Assembly (NCBI GenBank): GCA_902560585.1
Contig: CACEMI010000007.1
Coordinates: forward strand, 875-64,874
Reading direction: 5' to 3'
DNA from: an uncultured Pelagibacteraceae bacterium
Lineage (GTDB): Bacteria > Pseudomonadota > Alphaproteobacteria > Pelagibacterales > Pelagibacteraceae
DNA: 64,000 nt
The first letter of the stretch is position 1, and the number at the start of each line of letters is the position of its first letter. The notes beneath the pieces were generated by a model that was not told the origin of the DNA, searched no databases, and saw only the letters and a list, made by a program, of their open reading frames with translations. Shown here piece after piece: positions 57,215-64,000 of the stretch. A program made the position numbers and the translations under genes.

Positions 57215-58247
57215 TATTAATTTTTTTTCCTAACTTTGAGCTTTTATTTATCGCATCAAAAATAATAAGAGAATTTAATCCATCTTTACCGGTTACTTTA
57301 GGTTTTTCTTTGTTCAGCACTACTTTTGTGAAATGATCAATTTGATTAATTAACGTTTCATTACTCTTCTGAACATTGATTTTATTATTATGAATATTAT
57401 TCCACCAACTTCTTTCTTTTTGATAGTACCAAAATTTTAAATTAGGGAATTGAACCGAGCCCTTTGTTCCTCCTATAAAATAAGATGATTGATCTGTTGC
57501 TGGATAAGCAGGATTTTCACCTGCCGTTAATTCATAACTCCAAGGAGAAACAATTGTATCTGATATATTTAAAGTACATAAAGCACCTGACTTAAAAAAT
57601 AAATTTACTGAAGCTGTATCTTCAACTTTATATTTTCTTATACTATTTGATTTAAAAGCCTGAACATATTTTACTGGGCCAAGTAAATAACAAATCATGT
57701 CAATATCATGCACTAAATTAATACCTAATGGTCCTCCACCATCACTTATTCTCCATTTTTCATTAAAATATTTTTTATGTTTATATAACCAACATAAAAT
57801 GTTTGCAGATACAATTTTGCCAAGTTTTTTATCATCTATTATTTTTTTTACTTTATTAACTATAGAATTGTGTCGTCTGTGATAGCCTATTAGCAATGAT
57901 GTTTTGTTCTTTTTTGCACTGCTAATAATTTTTTTTGCTGATTTAATATTATCTGAAATAGGTTTTTCTAACAAAACAGGTATTTTTGAATTTAGAAATT
58001 TTACTGTATCCTTTTCATGTAAAATATTTGGAGTTGCGACTACAACTGCATCAGGCTTATCACTTTCCAATAAAATTTTGGTCGATTTATAAAGTGGAAC
58101 TTTGAATTTTTTGGCTAACTCAATCCCTGCTTTTTTAATTTCAACAATTGAGTGAAGAGAAGTATTTTTAGATCTTTGGATTGCTTTTATATGCTGCAAT
58201 CCCATTAAACCAATTCCAATTACTGAAATTTTTACTTTCTTAGGCAC
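57207..58247 (-). CDS. Gfo/Idh/MocA-family oxidoreductase
   Basis: GIGLMG, ATPN, LEKP, GYHRRH and GGGPLGINLVHDID. Confidence 0.9.
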   Translation of the reverse strand: MPKKVKISVIGIGLMGLQHIKAIQRSKNTSLHSIVEIKKAGIELAKKFKVPLYKSTKILLESDKPDAVVVATPNILHEKDTVKFLNSKIPVLLEKPISDNIKSAKKIISSAKKNKTSLLIGYHRRHNSIVNKVKKIIDDKKLGKIVSANILCWLYKHKKYFNEKWRISDGGGPLGINLVHDIDMICYLLGPVKYVQAFKSNSIRKYKVEDTASVNLFFKSGALCTLNISDTIVSPWSYELTAGENPAYPATDQSSYFIGGTKGSVQFPNLKFWYYQKERSWWNNIHNNKINVQKSNETLINQIDHFTKVVLNKEKPKVTGKDGLNSLIIFDAINKSSKLGKKININ

Positions 58248-58258
58248 AAATCTATATC

Positions 58259-59020
58259 TTAGGTGATACCAGCATCAATAATAAAGTTCTGTTTAGTACA
58301 TCCTGAGGACACATCAGAAGAGAGATGAACAACTAAACTTGCTACATCAGCTGGTTTTAATTGTCTTTTCAAACATTGTTTATCAAGGATAAACTTTTTA
58401 TACTTGGGCGTTAACCAGTGCTTTATTTGGCGTTCAGTAGCAATTGATCCTGGGGTTACAGAGTTACATCTAATATTATATTTACCAAATTCTCTTGCAA
58501 AAGATCTAGTTAAACCAATAACAGCTGATTTTGCTGTTTCGTAAGCAACCTTGTCACCTTCCCCTAACATCCAAGAAACTGAACTCAAATTTACGATAGC
58601 TCCACCTTTTTTTTGAATCATTCCTTTTAAAACAGCTTTAATTGTAAAGAAAAAATGTTTTAAGTTAACATCCATTCTGTTGTTCCAATATTTTTCATCC
58701 ACCTCTTTAGTGGAATGTCTATCATCATTAGCTGCATTATTTATCAAAATATCAATTGGTCCTTTAGATTTTATTATTTTTTTAATTATATTTTCTAATT
58801 TTTTAATTTTTAAAAGATTACATTCAATAAAGTGAGGAGCTTTAATCTTTTTTTTTTTTAAATGTGAAATTAATTTTTTGGACTCTTTAATATTTATATC
58901 CACAAAATAAACTTCGCATTCTTGCTCACAAAAGTGCTCTACTATAGAAGCGCCTATTCCAGATCCTCCTCCTGTAATAAAAACTCTTTTATTTTTAAGA
59001 TCAAAATATTTTACTTTCAT
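58259..59020 (-). CDS. SDR oxidoreductase, D-xylose 1-dehydrogenase (Caulobacter XylB)-like
   Basis: RVFITGGGSGIG, NNAANDDRH, VNLKH, YETAK and QCLK; ATG at 59020. Confidence 0.82.
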   Translation of the reverse strand: MKVKYFDLKNKRVFITGGGSGIGASIVEHFCEQECEVYFVDINIKESKKLISHLKKKKIKAPHFIECNLLKIKKLENIIKKIIKSKGPIDILINNAANDDRHSTKEVDEKYWNNRMDVNLKHFFFTIKAVLKGMIQKKGGAIVNLSSVSWMLGEGDKVAYETAKSAVIGLTRSFAREFGKYNIRCNSVTPGSIATERQIKHWLTPKYKKFILDKQCLKRQLKPADVASLVVHLSSDVSSGCTKQNFIIDAGIT

Positions 59021-59021
59021 T

Positions 59022-60116
59022 TTATATCCTTTCCTCAGTTTTAGCATCAAATAAAGAAATTTGTGTTAAATCAAAAAATAATTTTGTATTTTTTGATAAT
59101 TCAATCTTAATCGTAGAAGGAAATTTAGCTAATACTTCTTGATTTTCATAATCAAATGTCATTATTTGTTCATGACCAATATACTCACTTAGATCAGCTC
59201 TTAGATTAATTTCAAAATCTCCCTCGTTAGATTTTTTAGAGAAAATATGCTCTGGTCTTATACCAAAAAAAACTTCTTTATTTTCTAAATTGGATTTTTC
59301 TATAAAATCATAACCATTTATTGGAATCTCAAAGTTTGAGCCATTTGCAACAAATGAAATTTGATTTGAACTTTGTTTCAGATTACCCTTAATCAAGTTC
59401 ATTGAAGGTGAACCAATAAAGTCTGCTACAAATGTATTGCTAGGCTTGTTGTAAATATTTTCTGGTGTATCATTTTGCTGGATCACACCATGATTCATTA
59501 TTGCAATATTGGTTCCCAAGCTCATTGCCTCAGTTTGGTCATGTGTTACATAGACTACTGTGGTTTTAAGTTGTTGATGAAGTTTTTTAATTTCTCTTCT
59601 CATTTCAACTCTTAATTTTGCATCAAGATTGGACAAAGGTTCATCAAATAAAAATATCCTTGGTTCTCTCACTAACGCTCTTCCAATTGCCACACGTTGT
59701 CTTTGACCTCCTGAAAGTTGTGAAGGTTTCCTCTCTAACAGAGCATCTACTTGTAAAAATTTTGAAACTTTTTGTAATTGTTCTTCTATTTTTTCTTTTG
59801 ATACCTTTGCTTGTTTAAGGCCAAATATCATATTTTCACGTACATTCATGGATGGATACAAAGCATAAGACTGGAATACCATAGCAATATTACGGTCTTT
59901 TGGTTCAACTTTACTTACATTATAATCATCTATAAAGACATTCCCTTCATTTATTGTTTCTAAGCCTGCAATAATATTTAATAGTGTTGATTTTCCACAG
60001 CCAGAAGGGCCTAAAAGAACTAAAAAATTCCCTTCGTCTATTTCTAAATTAATTTTTTTCAAAACTTCTGTTGTTCCAAAATTTTTCGATAATTCTTGAA
60101 TTTTTAAAGTTTTCAT
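59022..60116 (-). CDS. Sugar ABC transporter ATP-binding protein
   Basis: [25 protein letters not shown]. Confidence 0.95.
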   Translation of the reverse strand: MKTLKIQELSKNFGTTEVLKKINLEIDEGNFLVLLGPSGCGKSTLLNIIAGLETINEGNVFIDDYNVSKVEPKDRNIAMVFQSYALYPSMNVRENMIFGLKQAKVSKEKIEEQLQKVSKFLQVDALLERKPSQLSGGQRQRVAIGRALVREPRIFLFDEPLSNLDAKLRVEMRREIKKLHQQLKTTVVYVTHDQTEAMSLGTNIAIMNHGVIQQNDTPENIYNKPSNTFVADFIGSPSMNLIKGNLKQSSNQISFVANGSNFEIPINGYDFIEKSNLENKEVFFGIRPEHIFSKKSNEGDFEINLRADLSEYIGHEQIMTFDYENQEVLAKFPSTIKIELSKNTKLFFDLTQISLFDAKTEERI

Positions 60117-60118
60117 CT

Positions 60119-61021
60119 TTATCCTTTCACTGCTCCTGAAGTTAATCCTCTAATAAAGTATTTGCCTGCTAACACATAAACAATAAGTGTAGGAACTCCA
60201 GCAATTATTGCAGAAGCCATATCTACATTATACTCTTTAACGCTTGTACTCGATAAAACCATATTGTTTAACGCAACTTGAATTGGTGCTGCCTCTCCAA
60301 ATGAAAAGGTTGATCCAAATAAAAAGTCATTCCATATTTGAGTAAATTGCCAAATAACTGTTACTACTATTATTGGCGCTGATATAGGAAGTAAAATTTT
60401 GAAAAATATTTTAAAAAAACCAGCCCCATCTATTCTAGCAGCTTTTACTAATTCTGTTGGAACAGAAACATAATAATTTCTAAAAAATAAAGTTGTAAAT
60501 GGAATTCCATAAACTGTATGTACTAACACAAGACCAATTACTGAGTTTGATATTCCTAAAACTCCAAGAGTTCTAGCCATCGGCAATAAGATTGCTTGGA
60601 ATGGAATGAAACAACCAAATAATAAAAAAAGAAATACCCATTGGTCTCCTTTAAATCTCCATTTTGTTAAAACATATCCTGTCATTGCTCCAATAAATGT
60701 AGAGAAAAATACAGCCGGCACAACCATCTTAATTGAATTCCAAAAGTATGGTTTTAAAAAAGTATCACCTGCTCCATATCCTCTACCTCCCCAAGCAACA
60801 GCCCAAGAGTCAAAGTTTAATCCACTTGGCCAAGTTAATAATGTTCCTTGACGAATTTCCTCCATTGTTTTTAATGAAGTTACGATCATTACATATAATG
60901 GAAATATAAAATATAACGCAAAAAGTATTAGCACAAAGTACAAAAACCATCTTAAGAACATGTTTGTATATTTTGATCTTTGTTCGAGCTGTTTATACGA
61001 AGTGTGTATCTTATCTTGCAT
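60119..61021 (-). CDS. Sugar ABC transporter permease (GtsC-like)
   Basis: ELVKAARIDGAG, WQFTQIWNDFLFG and GLTSGAVKG. Confidence 0.93.
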   Translation of the reverse strand: MQDKIHTSYKQLEQRSKYTNMFLRWFLYFVLILFALYFIFPLYVMIVTSLKTMEEIRQGTLLTWPSGLNFDSWAVAWGGRGYGAGDTFLKPYFWNSIKMVVPAVFFSTFIGAMTGYVLTKWRFKGDQWVFLFLLFGCFIPFQAILLPMARTLGVLGISNSVIGLVLVHTVYGIPFTTLFFRNYYVSVPTELVKAARIDGAGFFKIFFKILLPISAPIIVVTVIWQFTQIWNDFLFGSTFSFGEAAPIQVALNNMVLSSTSVKEYNVDMASAIIAGVPTLIVYVLAGKYFIRGLTSGAVKG

Positions 61022-61886
61022 TTTCTCTCCTCAACTCTGAATATAGGTATGGTATTATTACAGCTGCTACTGCCATGAACATCATCATTGCACTTGCAGC
61101 CGATAGACCAACTTGGCTTTTATGAAAAGCGGTTTGAGTCATATATAATGCAGGCATAGTTGTGGATATTCCTGGTCCACCCTGTGTTAAGGCAACTATT
61201 AGATCATAACTTTTAATTGATATGTGTACTAAAATTACAAAACTCGTAAAAAATACTGGCCTCATCATTGGAAGTAATATTTTCCAATAAACCGTAAACA
61301 AATTTGCACCATCTATTTTAGCTGCTTTAACAATTTCATCTTCAACTGATCTCAATCCAGCTAAAAATAATGCCATCACAAAACCAGCAGATTGCCAGAC
61401 ACCTGCGATAACAATGGTATAAATGGCCATTTCCCTGTTAACCAACCAATCAAATGTAAAGTTTTCAAATCCCCAATCAATGAACATTTTTTGGATACCA
61501 AGAGTTGGATTTAAAATCCATTTCCATGCAGTCCCTGTTACAATAAAAGATAAAGCCATAGGGTATAGGTAAATTGTTCTTAAAACGCCCTCTGCTCTAA
61601 TTTTTTGATCCAAAAATATTGCAAGAATAATTCCAATTACCACACAGAATATTAAAAATAATGCAGTAAAAATAAGTAAATTATCTACAGCTATAAGCCA
61701 CTTTCTTGACCCCCAAAGTTTAACATACTGACCAACGCCCCATAATTCATATTTGGGTAAAATTTTTGAATTAGTAAAAGATATATATAAAGTCCAAAGC
61801 ACAAAACCATAGACAAACCAACCAATTAATCCAACAGCGGGAGCCATTACAATTTTTGGTAAGTTTTTTTCCAACCACTTGAACAT
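61011..61886 (-). CDS. Sugar ABC transporter permease (GtsB-like)
   Basis: RTIYLYPMALSFIVTG and KAAKIDGA. Confidence 0.93.
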   Translation of the reverse strand: MFKWLEKNLPKIVMAPAVGLIGWFVYGFVLWTLYISFTNSKILPKYELWGVGQYVKLWGSRKWLIAVDNLLIFTALFLIFCVVIGIILAIFLDQKIRAEGVLRTIYLYPMALSFIVTGTAWKWILNPTLGIQKMFIDWGFENFTFDWLVNREMAIYTIVIAGVWQSAGFVMALFLAGLRSVEDEIVKAAKIDGANLFTVYWKILLPMMRPVFFTSFVILVHISIKSYDLIVALTQGGPGISTTMPALYMTQTAFHKSQVGLSAASAMMMFMAVAAVIIPYLYSELRRENAR

Positions 61887-61910
61887 TATAAATATTTTTT
61901 AGTTTTGATT

Positions 61911-61944
61911 AAAAAAAAAGGCCACCTAAAAATTAGGTGGCCTT
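61911..61944 (-). terminator. Intrinsic terminator-like hairpin after the binding-protein gene
   Basis: aaggccacctaa-aaa-ttaggtggcctt followed on the minus strand by a U-run. Confidence 0.8.
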
Positions 61945-61956
61945 AATTTTTATACT

Positions 61957-63213
61957 TTACATATTGTCTAATACAGAGTCAGCTAAAGCATTTGCAGCAT
62001 CAACAGATGACATATCAGAATTAAAGTGTTCTGTTATTACATCTTGAAGTGCAGCCTTCATAGTATTACCTTGAGCCATTCCATGAGCAAAACTTGGTAC
62101 TAAACCACCACTAGCACCTGCAGTTTTAATATCAGAATTTGAAGTTTTAGCACATTTATCAAATTCATCCATAGAAACATCTAATCTTGCTGGAATTGAT
62201 CCTTTGTAAAGGTTAAAAACTTTTTGGAAGTTTTTGCCCATCATTAACTTAGCTAATAATTTTTGACCTTCTTGTTTATCTGGATCACTAGTTTTATAGA
62301 ATATAAAACTATCTACATTATACAAGTATCCATTATTAGAAGGTGTTGGAGCGCAGTAGTAATCTACACCTGGAACTTTTCCTGCAGCTGTAAATTCACC
62401 TTTTGCCCAATCTCCCATAATTTGAAAACCTGCTTTACCTTCGATAACCATTCCAGTAGCAACGTTCCAATCTCTTCCTGGGCTACCTTCATCTGTAAAC
62501 CCTTGAAGTTTTCTCATTTGATCAAAAACTTTAACAGTTGTTTCACTTCTTAAACAAGTTTCTTTAAGATCAACATAGCAGTTTTTATAATAGTTGTTAC
62601 CACCAATACCCATAGCTACTGCTTCAAATACTGTTGCATCTTGCCAAGCTTGACCACCATGTGCAAAAGGAATTACACCAGCTGCTTGTAGTTTTTCTGC
62701 TGCTGCATTTAATTCATCCCATGATGTTGGAACTGAAATTCCATTAGCATCGAACACTGCTTTGTTTGCCCACATCCAATCAATTCTGTGAATGTTAACT
62801 GGAGCTGCACAATATGGACCACTATTATTTTGACATTTATGAACTGCTGCAATCATCGGATCTAATAAACTATCCCAGCCCTCTGATTGTGCAATTGGAT
62901 CAATATTATATGGAGCAACTACTCCTTCTTGATCATATTCTTGAATTGTTGGTCCTTTAATTTGAGAAGCTGACGGAGGATCTCCTGCAACTATTCTTGC
63001 TTTTAGAGCAACATTAGCAGCATCTCCACCACCACCTGTTACTGGCATATCTAGCCATTCACCACCATTTGCAGCGAAATCATCTTTTAATACTTTAAGA
63101 GCAGCAGCTTCACCACCTGATGTCCACCAGTGCAGTACCTCAATTTTAGGTCCAGCAAAAGAAGAAGTAGATGTGAATGCAAATGCTATTAAAGCGATTA
63201 ACATTTTTTTCAT
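61957..63213 (-). CDS. Glucose/aldose ABC substrate-binding protein (GtsA-like)
   Basis: EVLHWWTSGGEAAAL, PVNIHR, GGQAWQ, MGDWAKGEF and KGSIPAR. Confidence 0.9.
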   Translation of the reverse strand: MKKMLIALIAFAFTSTSSFAGPKIEVLHWWTSGGEAAALKVLKDDFAANGGEWLDMPVTGGGGDAANVALKARIVAGDPPSASQIKGPTIQEYDQEGVVAPYNIDPIAQSEGWDSLLDPMIAAVHKCQNNSGPYCAAPVNIHRIDWMWANKAVFDANGISVPTSWDELNAAAEKLQAAGVIPFAHGGQAWQDATVFEAVAMGIGGNNYYKNCYVDLKETCLRSETTVKVFDQMRKLQGFTDEGSPGRDWNVATGMVIEGKAGFQIMGDWAKGEFTAAGKVPGVDYYCAPTPSNNGYLYNVDSFIFYKTSDPDKQEGQKLLAKLMMGKNFQKVFNLYKGSIPARLDVSMDEFDKCAKTSNSDIKTAGASGGLVPSFAHGMAQGNTMKAALQDVITEHFNSDMSSVDAANALADSVLDNM

Positions 63214-63397
63214 ATATTTCCCTCTTATTTGTTAAATTAAGTTAACTTAAAAAATCAAGTATAGATTGTTTTAGGCTAAGTTCACAATAAAAAAAAAATT
63301 CAACCTGAAATTGATTTAAATAATTAAGTATTATTTTTTATGCATTGAAATTTAAGGGAATTTTTTTTGAATTTTTTTTTAAATTCCAAATTGTATT

Positions 63398-64000
63398 TTA
63401 ATAAATAGATTTTCTGCCCAACCTTGCGGCTCCTCTAACGCCGCTAGCGTCACCATATTTTGGTTTTAAAAATACACCTTCATATTCTCTTCCAGTTACA
63501 AATTTTCTTACAATAGTTTCAATTTCACTTAAAAAATCAATTTCATTTGAAACACCCCCTCCAAATACAAAACAATCGGGGTCAAGAATATTTATTATAT
63601 TTGATAGTGACATAGCTAAATTTAATTTAAAATTATCAATTAAATCTTCTGCGTCTAGATCATGCTTTCTATATAATTCAAAAATTTGATTTGTTTTTAA
63701 ATTTTTTTTAAACTTTTTGTTAAATTTTTTTGCTAAACTTAAGCCCGACATAAAACTCTCAATCTCACCTTCTCTTAGATTGGTTGATTCAAAGTTTTCT
63801 TTTTTTGCTATTAAATGGGTAATTTGGTTATGTCCCCACTCTCCAGCTACTCCATTCGGTCCAGAAACAATTTTTTTATCTATTACCAAACCCCCACCAA
63901 CACCAGATCCAATTATAATTCCATAAACAATTTTATAGTGTTTTCCTGAACCATCTAAAGCCTCTGATAAAGCAAAGCAATTGGCGTCATTTTCGCAAAA
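63398..64000 (-). CDS. ROK-family sugar kinase (fructokinase/Mak-like), 5' end outside the window
   Basis: Frame open from the window edge: ENDANCFALSEA, GIIIGSGVGGG, GEWGH, GGGVSN and GDASGVRGAA. Confidence 0.9.
   Translation of the reverse strand, partial: FCENDANCFALSEALDGSGKHYKIVYGIIIGSGVGGGLVIDKKIVSGPNGVAGEWGHNQITHLIAKKENFESTNLREGEIESFMSGLSLAKKFNKKFKKNLKTNQIFELYRKHDLDAEDLIDNFKLNLAMSLSNIINILDPDCFVFGGGVSNEIDFLSEIETIVRKFVTGREYEGVFLKPKYGDASGVRGAARLGRKSIY

Noticed and set aside
63214-63397. Possible ncRNA or riboswitch upstream of the sugar binding protein
   Set aside because: Very AT-rich with no convincing stems; most simply a promoter region
1-64000. CRISPR array, tRNA/rRNA, IS element, prophage or defence system
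   Set aside because: No regularly spaced repeats, RNA-gene signatures, transposase, integrase or phage-like ORFs seen by eye; a covariance-model scan was not possible

Overview
AT-rich (roughly 30% GC by eye), densely coding bacterial DNA with tiny intergenic gaps and overlapping stop codons. Gene content and style point to a Pelagibacterales (SAR11) chromosome (inference). No rRNA, tRNA, CRISPR, integrase or transposase was seen. Main blocks: (1) 1-8.4 kb, organosulfur-flavoured enzymes (ComC-like dehydrogenase, Pta, HpsN-like dehydrogenase); (2) 8.4-17.5 kb, an uncharacterised catabolic locus (sugar-type ABC importer, two double-SnoaL proteins, cupin, MetE-core thiol-alkyltransferase, HAD protein lacking its catalytic Asp); (3) 19.2-22.8 kb, betaine-family ABC importer; (4) 24.5-33 kb, the most unusual region: peroxiredoxin, persulfide dioxygenase, an unannotated 36-aa ORF with 12 Cys directly upstream of cysE-cysK, then ten small, mostly Met-rich SnoaL and alpha+beta-barrel proteins behind a palindromic operator-like site, ending in a His/Met-rich cupredoxin; (5) 33-39.8 kb, peptide ABC importer; (6) 41.6-64 kb, a non-phosphorylative sugar and sugar-acid catabolic cluster with ABC and TRAP importers and ppc. 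All family assignments come from motif recognition, not database searches.
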